DNA of 64,000 nt from Bacteroidota bacterium (GTDB taxonomy: Bacteria > Bacteroidota > Bacteroidia > Chitinophagales > Chitinophagaceae), in contig JABDFW010000008.1 in NCBI GenBank assembly GCA_013286305.1, positions 1,596 to 65,595 of the forward strand, read 5' to 3'. Below are positions 20,164 to 29,959 of this stretch, one piece after another. A program made the position numbers and the translations under genes. Numbering within the stretch: the stretch's first letter is position 1; each line of letters opens with the position of its first letter. The notes beneath the pieces were generated by a model. The model saw nothing but the letters and a program-made list of their open reading frames with translations, made no database searches and was not told the DNA's origin.

Positions 20164-21049
20164 CATAAAGAAAACATATAACAAAGGCGCAGTAACTGCG
20201 GTAAAGGATATTAATTTTTCTGTGAATAGGGGCGAAATATTTGGGCTGATCGGCCCTGATGGCGCGGGCAAAACAACGCTGTTCAGGATACTTACCACTT
20301 TGCTGCTGGCTGATGAAGGCACCGCTACCGTTAACAGTTTTGATGTGGTAAAAGATTACAGCAAAATACGGGATTGTGTTGGCTACATGCCGGGAAAATT
20401 CAGCCTCTACCAGGATTTGACTGTAGAGGAAAACCTTAATTTTTTCGCAACGGTTTTTGGCACAACTATCAAGGAAAACTATAACCTGATAAAAGACATT
20501 TATGTGCAGATAGAGCCTTTTAAAGACAGGAGGGCAGGCAAGCTATCCGGTGGCATGAAACAGAAGCTGGCTTTATGCTGTGCACTTATTCATAAGCCGG
20601 TAGTATTGTTTTTGGATGAGCCCACCACGGGCGTGGATGTGGTATCAAGAAAAGAATTTTGGGAGATGCTTAAGCGACTTAAAGCACAGGGAATAACCAT
20701 TTTAGTTTCCACAGCATATATGGATGAAGCCAAACTGTGCGACCGTATTGCGCTAATACAAAAAGGCGGGATACTCTCTATTGAAACGCCTGCAAAAATT
20801 GTTGAATCATTTCCTGGTAAGCTGTATGCATTGAAAGGAGGCAAAGCCTACCAGGTGTTGGAGGATATAAGAGCTTACAGTGGCACGGAAAGTTGCTTTG
20901 CATTTGGCGATGCATTGCATGTTACTTTTAAAAACGGGCAGGATAATGGTGCGCTGCAATACCTGCATGAGAAAGGCCATAATGATGTTAGCATGGAAGT
21001 AATACCACCCGGAATTGAAGACTGTTTTATACACCTGTTAAAAGGATAA
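20147..21049 (+). CDS. ABC transporter ATP-binding protein (YbhF N-half-like)
   Basis: Walker A GPDGAGKTT, signature LSGGMKQK, Walker B VLFLDEPT. Overlaps the HlyD-family gene's end by 17 nt. Confidence 0.9.
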   Translation: MITLSNIKKTYNKGAVTAVKDINFSVNRGEIFGLIGPDGAGKTTLFRILTTLLLADEGTATVNSFDVVKDYSKIRDCVGYMPGKFSLYQDLTVEENLNFFATVFGTTIKENYNLIKDIYVQIEPFKDRRAGKLSGGMKQKLALCCALIHKPVVLFLDEPTTGVDVVSRKEFWEMLKRLKAQGITILVSTAYMDEAKLCDRIALIQKGGILSIETPAKIVESFPGKLYALKGGKAYQVLEDIRAYSGTESCFAFGDALHVTFKNGQDNGALQYLHEKGHNDVSMEVIPPGIEDCFIHLLKG

Positions 21050-21055
21050 CAATAG

Positions 21056-21150
21056 AGTTTCCAGTTTATAGTTTACAGTTTCCAGTTGGTGAGGATGGTA
21101 ACAATTTTACAAACTGAAAACTATAAACTGGAAACCGAAAACTATAAACT
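21056..21150. repeat. Short-word hairpin (CCAGTTT/ATAGTTT words) between the two ABC ATPase genes
   Basis: AGTTTCCAGTTTATAGTTTACAGTTTCCAGTT (21056-21087) is complementary in word content to AAACTGAAAACTATAAACTGGAAACCGAAAACTATAAACT (21111-21150). Confidence 0.7.
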
Positions 21151-21156
21151 AAAATT

Positions 21157-21894
21157 ATGCCGCCTGTAATTATAACAGATAAATTAACCAAACGCTTTGG
21201 CGCTTTTGTTGCAGCCAGCGAGCTTACTTTCCAGGTGGAAAAGGGAGAGATATTTGGGTTTTTGGGCGCAAATGGTGCAGGTAAAACTACGGCTATGCGC
21301 ATGCTCTGCGGGCTGCTGAAACCTTCATCAGGCAAAGCAACCATTGCAGGGTTTGACGTCTATACCCAAACAGAAAAAATAAAACGCCGGATCGGTTATA
21401 TGAGCCAGAAGTTTTCCTTATATGACGACCTTACTGTTTCTGAGAATATACGTTTTTACGGGGGTATATATGGGATGAATACCAAACAAATAAAAGCTAA
21501 AACGCAGGACCTGCTTGCCGAGTTGCAATTGGAGAACGAAGCCAAAACACTGGTACGGGACCTTCCTTTAGGATGGAAACAGAAATTAGCTTTTTCTGTA
21601 TCATTGGTACACAGCCCCGATATTGTTTTTTTGGATGAGCCTACCGGGGGTGTTGATCCTGTTACGCGCCGGCAGTTTTGGGATTTGATCTATCATGCTG
21701 CCGATAAAGGTGTAACAGTTTTTGTTACCACACACTACATGGATGAGGCTGAGTACTGCAACCGCGTAAGCATAATGGTGGATGGAGTTATTGCGGCGCT
21801 GGACAGCCCCGCAAACCTGAAGCAAAAATATAATCATAGCAATATTGAAGATGTGTTTTACGAACTGGCAAGAAAGGCGAAGAGATCGGAATAA
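21157..21894 (+). CDS. ABC transporter ATP-binding protein (YbhF C-half-like)
   Basis: Walker A GANGAGKTT, signature LPLGWKQK, Walker B VFLDEPT. Confidence 0.9.
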   Translation: MPPVIITDKLTKRFGAFVAASELTFQVEKGEIFGFLGANGAGKTTAMRMLCGLLKPSSGKATIAGFDVYTQTEKIKRRIGYMSQKFSLYDDLTVSENIRFYGGIYGMNTKQIKAKTQDLLAELQLENEAKTLVRDLPLGWKQKLAFSVSLVHSPDIVFLDEPTGGVDPVTRRQFWDLIYHAADKGVTVFVTTHYMDEAEYCNRVSIMVDGVIAALDSPANLKQKYNHSNIEDVFYELARKAKRSE

Positions 21895-21945
21895 ATAAAA
21901 GTCATTGGGTCAGTAGGTCATTGGTCATTAAGTCATTAGGGCAAT

Positions 21946-22138
21946 ACCCTGAAGGGGTTAAATATGAATAGCCCCGCATGAAATACGGGGAACAAAACAT
22001 AGTGTGTTTATACAACCCTTAAGGGGTTGAATAAATACGGTTTTACAGGTTGAACCCCTGCAGGGTTCAGGGGAGCGGATAGTTGTTTTGTTCCCCGGGC
22101 TACGCCCGGAGTTATTCATATTCAATCCCTTCAGGATT
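21946..22138. repeat. ~190-bp composite structured repeat made of two inverted ~55-bp units plus internal GGGGTT/AACCCC hairpins
   Basis: The reverse complement of the unit at 21946-22000 (ACCCTGAAGGGGTTAAATATGAATAGCCCCGCATGAAATACGGGGAACAAAACAT) closely matches 22083-22138 (TTGTTTTGTTCCCCGGGCTACGCCCGGAGTTATTCATATTCAATCCCTTCAGGATT). The centre holds AACCCTTAAGGGGTT and GAACCCCTGCAGGGTTC hairpins. Confidence 0.7.
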
Positions 22139-22278
22139 GCATGGTATGTGTGAAAAAGTGATTTAAAAAAAAGGTTGATGGCGTAAGGTATAGGAAAGAA
22201 GATAAAAGGCAAACTGCTTATAGCATACAGCGTGAGGCTTATAGCGGATTTTCGGATTTCTAAATTAAAAACGAACAG

Positions 22279-23385
22279 ATGAAACAATTAGTGGTTTTTA
22301 TACGAAAAGAATTTTTGCAGGTGTTCCGCGACAGGAAAACATTGCTGATGCTGTTCGGGCTGCCTATTGCACAAATTGTGCTGTTTGGCTTTGCACTTTC
22401 CACCGAAATTAAGGACAGCAAAATAGTAATAGTTGATTATGCCAAAGATGAAGTAAGCACGCAGATAATAACCGAAATTGGCAGCAGTAAATATTTTGAC
22501 CTGCAGCAAAACCTGCAAAGCACCGGGCAATTGCAGGCTGCCTTTAAAAAAGGGATCATAAAAATGGCAGTCGTGTTCCCTGCAAACTTTAGTAAAGACC
22601 TGCTGCATACCGGCAAGGCTACCATACAGGTGATCGCCGATGCATCAGACCCTAATACTGCAACAACCATTACCAACTATGTTACCAACATAATTAATAC
22701 CTACAACACAAAGTTATCAAATGCTGCAGGGCAACCTTTACAGATAAATTCCGAAGTGCAAATGCTGTATAACCCTGAGCTTAAAGGGGCCCCCAATTTT
22801 GTGCCCGGCGTTATGGCGCTGGTACTGATGCTGGTATGCACCATGATGACGTCTGTAGCCATTGTAAAAGAAAAAGAGCTTGGCACAATGGAAATACTGC
22901 TGGTATCGCCGTTTAAGCCGATATACATTATTATTTCGAAGCTGGTACCCAACCTTATTATATCAATAGTAAACCTCTTTATTATACTTATACTAAGCGC
23001 AGTGTTTCTCGATCTGCAGGTAAAGGGCAGCCTATTGTTATTGGTATTTGCCAGTACGCTGTTTATTATCACATCGCTTTCTGTGGGGCTTTTGTTATCT
23101 ATCGGGGCCAGCACGCAACAAGGCGCGATGACGGGCTCGCTCATGGGCATGATGCTGCCTACCATGCTGCTTACAGGCTTTTTATTTCCTATTGAGAATA
23201 TGCCCTGGGTGCTGCAGGCACTGGCAAACCTTGTGCCGTCACGATGGTTTTTTATTATTGTAAAAAGGGTAATGCTCGAGGGGCTTGGCTTTACTGCTGT
23301 TTGGAAGGAAATGCTGATACTCCTGGCCATGTGCGTATTCCTGTTAACTATCAGCCTCAGAAATTTTAAAATAAGACTGCAATGA
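22279..23385 (+). CDS. ABC-2 type transporter permease (YbhS/YbhR-like)
   Basis: 368 aa. One N-terminal TM, a large periplasmic loop, then 5 C-terminal TM helices. Confidence 0.9.
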   Translation: MKQLVVFIRKEFLQVFRDRKTLLMLFGLPIAQIVLFGFALSTEIKDSKIVIVDYAKDEVSTQIITEIGSSKYFDLQQNLQSTGQLQAAFKKGIIKMAVVFPANFSKDLLHTGKATIQVIADASDPNTATTITNYVTNIINTYNTKLSNAAGQPLQINSEVQMLYNPELKGAPNFVPGVMALVLMLVCTMMTSVAIVKEKELGTMEILLVSPFKPIYIIISKLVPNLIISIVNLFIILILSAVFLDLQVKGSLLLLVFASTLFIITSLSVGLLLSIGASTQQGAMTGSLMGMMLPTMLLTGFLFPIENMPWVLQALANLVPSRWFFIIVKRVMLEGLGFTAVWKEMLILLAMCVFLLTISLRNFKIRLQ

Positions 23386-24497
23386 AAACACTGTTCTTTC
23401 TTCTTGAAAAGGAATTTAAGCAACTGATGCGCAACAAAGGTGTGCTGCGCACGCTGCTTATTGCACCTATGATACAGTTGATACTGCTTCCGCTTGCAGC
23501 CGACTATTCAGTAAAAAATATACACATTGCGGTAGTGGATAACGACCACTCAACCTTTTCACAAAAGCTCATAAACAAAATAGCTTCATCCGGGTATTTT
23601 ACACTTACCGGTTCCACGCCATCGTATAAACAGGCGCTGGTGATGGTAGAGCAGGATAAGGCCGACCTTGCCCTGCACATACCCGCAGGGTTTGAAAGGA
23701 ACCTGGTGCGTGAAAACAACCAAAAATTATATGTAGCCATCAATGCCATTTCAGGTACAAAGGCCAGCCTCGGCGGCACTTATCTTTCCAGTATAGTACA
23801 GGATTATAACAGCGATATACGATTGCAGTGGGAAAATGGCGCTGAAGACACCACCCCAAAAATAGGCGTGGCTTCATACTACTGGTATAACCCTTTTATG
23901 AATTACCATCTGTACATGGTACCGGCCATATTGGTTACCCTTGTAACTGCATTAGCGGCCATGCAGAGCGCCTTTAATATTGTTGCAGAAAAAGAAAGCG
24001 GCACCATTGAGCAAATAAATGTAACGCCCATAAAAAAACACATATTCATTATTGGCAAGCTGCTGCCTTTTTTAGTATTGGCCAGCGTTATTTTTACCAT
24101 CGGCTTAATACTTTCGTGGGTGCTGTATGGCATTGTACCTGTGGGCAACCTTGCGGTATTGTATGCTTCGCTTATTGTGTATCTTTTTGCGATGCTGGGC
24201 CTCGGGCTGCTTATTTCCACTTATTCAAACACTCAAATGCAGGCCATGTCGCTGGCATTCTTTTTCATCAATATATTTAACATGCTCAGCGGGGTATTCA
24301 CATCCATTGACAGTATGCCGGTGTGGGCACAAACTATTGTTGAAACTTTTCCGCCCAGCCATTTTATTAAAATCATGCGCATGGTGGTGCTTAAAGGCAG
24401 CGGGCTTGGCGATATAACCTATCATCTTGGGGCTATGTTTGTAATAGGCATCGTGTTTAATACCTGGGCAATTATTAATTATAGAAAGAGGGCGTAA
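23382..24497 (+). CDS. ABC-2 type transporter permease (YbhS/YbhR-like)
   Basis: 371-aa paralogue of the preceding permease, with a 4-nt overlap (ATGA). Confidence 0.9.
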   Translation: MKTLFFLLEKEFKQLMRNKGVLRTLLIAPMIQLILLPLAADYSVKNIHIAVVDNDHSTFSQKLINKIASSGYFTLTGSTPSYKQALVMVEQDKADLALHIPAGFERNLVRENNQKLYVAINAISGTKASLGGTYLSSIVQDYNSDIRLQWENGAEDTTPKIGVASYYWYNPFMNYHLYMVPAILVTLVTALAAMQSAFNIVAEKESGTIEQINVTPIKKHIFIIGKLLPFLVLASVIFTIGLILSWVLYGIVPVGNLAVLYASLIVYLFAMLGLGLLISTYSNTQMQAMSLAFFFINIFNMLSGVFTSIDSMPVWAQTIVETFPPSHFIKIMRMVVLKGSGLGDITYHLGAMFVIGIVFNTWAIINYRKRA

Positions 24498-24582
24498 TAA
24501 CGTTTGGGGACGGGCTGCAGTGCGGATGGCATCATGGGTTGTGTCACTCACTTCAGGGGTTGGTTTTTCAATGGAGCGAGGG

Positions 24583-24615
24583 AGATTTGACAACTTTTGA
24601 GAAGTTGTCAAATCT
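24583..24615 (+). terminator. 14-bp perfect hairpin downstream of the efflux operon (no U tract)
   Basis: AGATTTGACAACTT-ttgag-AAGTTGTCAAATCT. Confidence 0.35.
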
Positions 24616-24744
24616 GTATGTTCTAATCGCACAAACATCCCCTCATCCAAAAAATCCACCCAAATCACCGTTCAGAAACATTTTAAGTGTCAGTTTAACA
24701 ATTTCCATCATATATTAGCCTCTCGAAAATAAAATACTTGCTGT

Positions 24745-26067
24745 ATGAAACGGAGAGCATTTCTGCAATCGTCCTCAAAATATATTGCCGGGGCAGGTTT
24801 AGCTGCCATGTTGCCCGCGGATGTTTTTGCCGCAGGCAGGCGTATTGCCGCCAGCGATAAAATTAATGTAGCGGCCATTGGCATTAACGGCATGGGCTGG
24901 GCAGATATTACCGCCATTATGAAAAATCCCGAAGTTAACCTGGTTGCCTTATGCGACGTTGATAAGAATGTACTTGACCGCAGGGTTGCCGAACTGGATA
25001 AACAAAACATAAAAGTTGCCAACACTTACGGCGACTACCGCAAAATATTAGACGACAAAAATATTGACGCAGTTGTTATTGGTACGCCCGACCACTGGCA
25101 TTGCAAAATAATGGCAGATGCCTGCGCTGCGGGTAAAGATGTGTATGTGGAAAAACCCGCTGGTAATTCCATAGCAGAGTGCGATGCAATGATGGCAGCG
25201 CAAAAAAGGTATAACCGTGCTGTGCAGGTAGGGCAATGGCAGCGCAGTGAGAAACACTATGCTGATGCTGTTGCGTTTGTGCAGTCGGGCAAGCTTGGGC
25301 AAATAAGGCTTGTTAAGAGCTGGGCCTACCAGGGCTGGATGGCTTCAATACCAAAAAAACCTGACGGAACTCCGCCGCCCGGCGTTGATTATACTATGTG
25401 GCTGGGGCCTGCTCAAATGCGGCCTTTTAATCCCAACCGCTTTCATTTCAACTTTCGCTGGTTTTACGATTATGCCGGAGGTTTGATGACAGACTGGGGC
25501 GTACACATGATAGATTACGCATTGCTTGGCATGAATGCCTCTGTTCCAAAAAATGTAATGGCTTCCGGTGGCAAATTCGCTTATCCTGATGATGCGGAAG
25601 AATGGCCTGATACACTGCAAACCGTGTATGAATTTGACGGCTTTAATATGCTATGGGAACATGCGACCGGTATAAATGGCGGCCCATACAACCGCGACCA
25701 TGGCGTTGCTTTTATTGGCAATAATGGTACGCTTATAGTTGACCGCGGCGGCTGGGAGGTAGTGCCTGAAATAGACAACAAAAAACCGAGGATGGAAGCA
25801 GTTGCACGCCAGCAACGCGTAGATGATGGCCTTACACTACATGCAAAGAATTTTATAGAAGTAGTAAAGTCAAGAAAGCTTGAAGACCTGCATTGCCCTA
25901 TCCAGGCCGGGGCGCACGTGGCAACGGTTTGCCAAATGGGCAACATTGCCTGGCGCGTAGGGAAAAAAATATATTGGGATGCTGCCGCTAACAAGTTTAA
26001 GGAAGAGGAGGCCAATAAATACCTCGCAAAAGAATATCACAATGGATATACAATGCCTAAGGTGTAA
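24745..26067 (+). CDS. Gfo/Idh/MocA family oxidoreductase with Tat signal
   Basis: Twin-arginine-type N-terminus (MKRRAFLQSS...AAG), Rossmann motif (INVAAIGINGMG) and a GTPDHWH segment. Confidence 0.9.
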   Translation: MKRRAFLQSSSKYIAGAGLAAMLPADVFAAGRRIAASDKINVAAIGINGMGWADITAIMKNPEVNLVALCDVDKNVLDRRVAELDKQNIKVANTYGDYRKILDDKNIDAVVIGTPDHWHCKIMADACAAGKDVYVEKPAGNSIAECDAMMAAQKRYNRAVQVGQWQRSEKHYADAVAFVQSGKLGQIRLVKSWAYQGWMASIPKKPDGTPPPGVDYTMWLGPAQMRPFNPNRFHFNFRWFYDYAGGLMTDWGVHMIDYALLGMNASVPKNVMASGGKFAYPDDAEEWPDTLQTVYEFDGFNMLWEHATGINGGPYNRDHGVAFIGNNGTLIVDRGGWEVVPEIDNKKPRMEAVARQQRVDDGLTLHAKNFIEVVKSRKLEDLHCPIQAGAHVATVCQMGNIAWRVGKKIYWDAAANKFKEEEANKYLAKEYHNGYTMPKV

Positions 26068-26118
26068 AAACTATTCTGAAGAACATTTAACATCATTCAA
26101 TAATTTAATTTTTATAGT

Positions 26119-26898
26119 ATGCTAAAACATTTTTTTCTTGCAGGCGCCTCTTTGTTAACTGCTGTTGCAGTATTAGCACAGAATAATCAGAAAATGAAAC
26201 CCGAAGACACAGAAGTGTATCAGCCGGTACCGCCTGTTGTTACGCCGGGCAGCACCCCGCAGGATGCACCTTCTGATGCGGTTATTTTATTTGATGGTAA
26301 AAACCTTGATCAATGGAGAATGACCAATGATACCACGCAACCAGCCAACTGGACAGTGGCAGATGGCATACTTACCGTTAAGAAAAAAGGAAGCGGCAAC
26401 ATTGAAACAAAACAACGTTTTATGGATTACCAGTTGCATATTGAATGGCGCATTCCTTCTAACATACAAGGCACAGGCCAGGCTCGCGGCAACAGCGGTG
26501 TTTTTCTTGCTTCAACAGGCAAGGGCGACGGTGGATACGAAATGCAGGTACTGGATTGCTACAATAATACTACATACACAAACGGCCAAACAGCCGCCAT
26601 TTACAAACAATCTGTTCCCCTGGCAAATGCCTGCAAAAAACCCGGAGACTGGCAGACTTACGACATTGTATGGACAGCCCCGCGCTTTAATGATGACGGA
26701 AGTTTAAAATCTGCCGCACGTGTAACAGCTTTTCACAATGGCGTACTTGTGCAAAACAATTATGAATTAACCGGCCAAACCTTGTACATAGGCCATCCGT
26801 CTTATAAGGCACATGGCGCTTCGCCTATTAAATTGCAGGCCCATGGCGACAGCAGCGAACCCATAAGTTTTCGCAATATTTGGGTAAGGCCTTTATAG
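26119..26898 (+). CDS. DUF1080 (3-keto-disaccharide hydrolase-like) secreted protein
   Basis: Signal peptide. The W...DG(I/V)L...G.G...T...F.DY.L..EW and NSG(V/I)FL pattern and the C-terminal FRNIWVRPL are typical of DUF1080, which is commonly paired with Gfo/Idh/MocA enzymes. Confidence 0.85.
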   Translation: MLKHFFLAGASLLTAVAVLAQNNQKMKPEDTEVYQPVPPVVTPGSTPQDAPSDAVILFDGKNLDQWRMTNDTTQPANWTVADGILTVKKKGSGNIETKQRFMDYQLHIEWRIPSNIQGTGQARGNSGVFLASTGKGDGGYEMQVLDCYNNTTYTNGQTAAIYKQSVPLANACKKPGDWQTYDIVWTAPRFNDDGSLKSAARVTAFHNGVLVQNNYELTGQTLYIGHPSYKAHGASPIKLQAHGDSSEPISFRNIWVRPL

Positions 26899-26918
26899 AA
26901 GGTAAATAATATTATACG

Positions 26919-26960
26919 AAGCCCCTGCAGTGTTTGCAAACGCCGCAGGGGCATTTCTTT
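26919..26960 (+). terminator. Putative terminator after the DUF1080 gene
   Basis: GCCCCTGC (26921-26928) pairs with GCAGGGGC (26945-26952), followed by ATTTCTTT. Confidence 0.5.
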
Positions 26961-27029
26961 GCCGGTTTTATTGCAGCGGCCAAATGTTGAAGCAATTTTG
27001 CTACCTTCAACACAGTAAAACACATAACC

Positions 27030-28904
27030 GTGTTCCGTGATCCGTGTATAAAAAATTCTTTTGCAGGCAACACCTGTATAAGCAAAAGAGTATTTTGTAC
27101 ATCTTCCCCTGCTAAGCAAAATCACATACCGGTACCTAATTTTCTTATAAAATTTCTTTTAAGTTCTGTGCTTGCCATTGCATGTTGCCTGCAATCCGCC
27201 GCCGGAGTTTTCGATACGCTGCAAAAAGTTGCAAAGGCTGACAGGATTAAATACGCAGAAGATATTTATACAAAAAAATTACGCACTGCTGATTCCGCTT
27301 ATGCTATAGCCCAAATAAATGAACTTATTACGCTGTCGAATAAAATAAACGACCATTCGCTGGAGTGCGCAGGATGGTCGCTGCTTGCTGACCATTATGC
27401 CCGTATAAGAGGCTCAAATGCAACATCTGACAGCTTGCATGCCAAAGCAATTGACCTTTCAAAAAAATATCATCTGCCGCTAATGGAGGGCATTTGCAAT
27501 TATAAAATGGGGCGGTATTTTTATAGTTTTAAAAGATACCCGCCGGCGTTTGAATATTTGTTAAAAGCGAATGACATTTTTGATGATATTGGTTATACTA
27601 ACGTGCCCCTGGCAAGTAATTTTCTATATTATTTGGGCAGCATATATTACGAAACAGGCGATCTGGACAGGGCTGCAAATTTTTATCAGCAATCCCTTAA
27701 CCTCCCAACAACTGAAACATGGCAGGTTATCCAGGCCAATTATACCTTAGGTGTTATCGCTTTGAAAAAAAAGGACTATCCCCTGGCGCTTGCGTTTATG
27801 CAAAAAGTATTTGGCATTGTAGCAGCCAGTAAAGATTCAATATGGACGGGCATTTGTTCCGGCAGTATCGGGGATATATATTTTACTACGCAGAATTATA
27901 CAAAGGCAATTCCTTACTTACAAACAGGTTACCGGCTGAATGTAAAACATCGGGAGTGGAAAAACGCTATAGCCAATCTTACAGATCTTATTAAAATATA
28001 TCTCGCCAGGAACAATGAAACAATAGCCAAACAATTAATTGATGCTGAAGCAATTTTAATAAAGCACGATAATTCATTCAAAAGCCTCTCTAATTATTAC
28101 GAGGTGCTGGCTTTATACTACGAAAAAACAGGCAATACTGACGACGCGCTGACATATTGGAAAAAACAACAGGAAGCTTTGGACAGCATTAAACAACTTA
28201 CAGATGAAACTTTGTACGGAAATATTCAGCAGAAAGTTGAAACAGAAAAGCACATATCAGATCTTAAAAATATAGAAGCACGTACCCAAATGGCCCTGCT
28301 GAAACGAAACTTATTTATCATCATCCTGTTTTTATTGATGATTGTTTCGCTGCTGGTTTATAACAGGATGCGTGTTAAAAGAAAAGCGGAAAAAGAATTG
28401 TTTCTAAAACAGGAGGCATTGCTTACTTCGGAAAAATTAAGGGCTGAAGCAGAACGGTTGAGGGCGGAAGATGATCTGCAGAATGCAACAGCGCTTTTAA
28501 AAAAATATACCGACAACATACGTCAAAAAAATAAACTTATTGAACAGTTCCACAACGAAATTGAAAAGTTCCGGGCAGCCTTACCCGAACAACAGGAAAG
28601 CCAAAAATTAGACAATTTTGAGAAATTGATCCAATCGACCATATTAACAGATGCTGACTGGGACGATTTTAGAAACCTTTTCGAAAAAGTGCACAAAGGA
28701 TTTTTTTTCAACCTTAAACAAAACTTCCCGAATATTACTGTTACTGATACCCGATTACTGTCTCTCATTAAATTGCAACTGTCAAACCGCGAAATGGCCA
28801 ACATGCTGGGCATTAGCATTTATGCCATTAAAAAAGCAAAACAGCGCCTGAAGAAAAAAATAAATATAGAAAAGGAGCTGGAAGATATGCTCATATCTAT
28901 GTGA
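27030..28904 (+). CDS. TPR-repeat protein with one TM segment, a coiled coil and a C-terminal LuxR-type HTH
   Basis: TPR-like repeats (YYLGSIYYETGDLDRAANFYQQSL etc.), TM LFIIILFLLMIVSLLVY, and a C-terminal HTH (LSNREMANMLGISIYAIKKAKQRLKKK). The start codon is uncertain because there is no ATG near the N-terminus. Confidence 0.7.
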   Translation: MFRDPCIKNSFAGNTCISKRVFCTSSPAKQNHIPVPNFLIKFLLSSVLAIACCLQSAAGVFDTLQKVAKADRIKYAEDIYTKKLRTADSAYAIAQINELITLSNKINDHSLECAGWSLLADHYARIRGSNATSDSLHAKAIDLSKKYHLPLMEGICNYKMGRYFYSFKRYPPAFEYLLKANDIFDDIGYTNVPLASNFLYYLGSIYYETGDLDRAANFYQQSLNLPTTETWQVIQANYTLGVIALKKKDYPLALAFMQKVFGIVAASKDSIWTGICSGSIGDIYFTTQNYTKAIPYLQTGYRLNVKHREWKNAIANLTDLIKIYLARNNETIAKQLIDAEAILIKHDNSFKSLSNYYEVLALYYEKTGNTDDALTYWKKQQEALDSIKQLTDETLYGNIQQKVETEKHISDLKNIEARTQMALLKRNLFIIILFLLMIVSLLVYNRMRVKRKAEKELFLKQEALLTSEKLRAEAERLRAEDDLQNATALLKKYTDNIRQKNKLIEQFHNEIEKFRAALPEQQESQKLDNFEKLIQSTILTDADWDDFRNLFEKVHKGFFFNLKQNFPNITVTDTRLLSLIKLQLSNREMANMLGISIYAIKKAKQRLKKKINIEKELEDMLISM

Positions 28905-28985
28905 TTAACAGACAATTACATTTGTCTCCCATTTGTCCACCGCCAATGTGAATCCCTTAACAATATTCAGGGCAATTTTGCGCAA

Positions 28986-29135
28986 ATGAATGATATAAAG
29001 AAAGACCCACTAAGGAAAGTGGTGATTATTTACACAATTATTGTACTGATCTTTTTAATATTAATATTTTGCCTAGCGGTTTATTATACCAAACAAGCTT
29101 ATGAAATACACGATCAGCCGTCTTTGATAAAATAA
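28986..29135 (+). CDS. Possible small membrane protein (49 aa)
   Basis: ATG ORF MNDIKKDPLRKVVIIYTIIVLIFLILIFCLAVYYTKQAYEIHDQPSLIK with one clear TM helix. It is below the ORF-track cutoff and unsupported otherwise. Confidence 0.3.
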   Translation: MNDIKKDPLRKVVIIYTIIVLIFLILIFCLAVYYTKQAYEIHDQPSLIK

Positions 29136-29343
29136 TTTATCCCAGGATAAATTATTTAAAAAAAGCAGCATTAGCGTTTTTGAACAGGCAAATAAGCAGC
29201 CTGGAGTTTGTCTTTTCTTCTTTTGCAATTTACCTTTCAATATCAAAAACGCAGGGCACGGTGTCATTTTATTTTTACAAACCATTTGTTATTCATTATT
29301 TCATATCCACTGCTGGGTTTTTGATTTTATTTTTGTCTTCATT

Positions 29344-29955
29344 ATGCTGTTACATATACATCCTGACAATCCCAATCCGCGCCATATTAAAACTGTGGCA
29401 GAATGCCTGCTGGATGGGGGTGTTATAATTTACCCCACCGATACCATTTATGGTTTGGGCTGTGATATTTTTCAGCATAAGGCAGTAGAACGTGTTTGCC
29501 GCATTAAACAGGTTGATCCCCAAAAAGCGCAACTTAGTTTTGTTTGTTATGATCTCAGTGACCTGAGTAAATACACCAAGAGCATTTCTACCCCGTTATA
29601 CAGGCTATTAAAAAGTTACCTGCCCGGGCCTTATACTTTTATTTTGCCTGCCAGTAAAGAAGTGCCTAAAATTTTACAAAGCCGCAAAAGCACCATTGGG
29701 CTTCGTGTGCCGGACAATAATATTGCAAGGGCGATTGTGCATGAATTATCACATCCCATTCTTTCAGCTTCATTGCCCGGTGATATGGTAGAAGAATATA
29801 CCGACCCTGAGCTGATGTACGAAAATTTTGAGAATCTTGTTGATATTGTGATTGACGGAGGCCCTGGTGGTATGGTACCCAGTACAATAATTGATTGCAC
29901 TAAAGAGCAATATGAAATAATAAGGATAGGCGCAGGCGAATGGGTAGAAGAATAG
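29344..29955 (+). CDS. tsaC: L-threonylcarbamoyladenylate synthase (TsaC/YrdC/Sua5 family)
   Basis: 203 aa with YrdC-domain signatures (IIYPTDTIYGLGCD, PGPYTFILPA, IGLRVPD, SASL). Confidence 0.9.
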   Translation: MLLHIHPDNPNPRHIKTVAECLLDGGVIIYPTDTIYGLGCDIFQHKAVERVCRIKQVDPQKAQLSFVCYDLSDLSKYTKSISTPLYRLLKSYLPGPYTFILPASKEVPKILQSRKSTIGLRVPDNNIARAIVHELSHPILSASLPGDMVEEYTDPELMYENFENLVDIVIDGGPGGMVPSTIIDCTKEQYEIIRIGAGEWVEE

Positions 29956-29959
29956 GGGC

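Noticed and set aside
21958-22287. A 109-aa ORF inside the ABC operon gap
   Set aside because: It is a read-through of the 190-bp structured repeat (peptide ...SPGNKTTIRSPEPCRGST...GAIHI). It has no independent coding signal.
24583-24615. The AGATTTGACAACTT/AAGTTGTCAAATCT hairpin as a functional terminator, or as a mobile-element end
   Set aside because: Kept only as a low-confidence feature. There is no U tract on either strand and I saw only one copy in this window, so neither role can be supported from the sequence alone.
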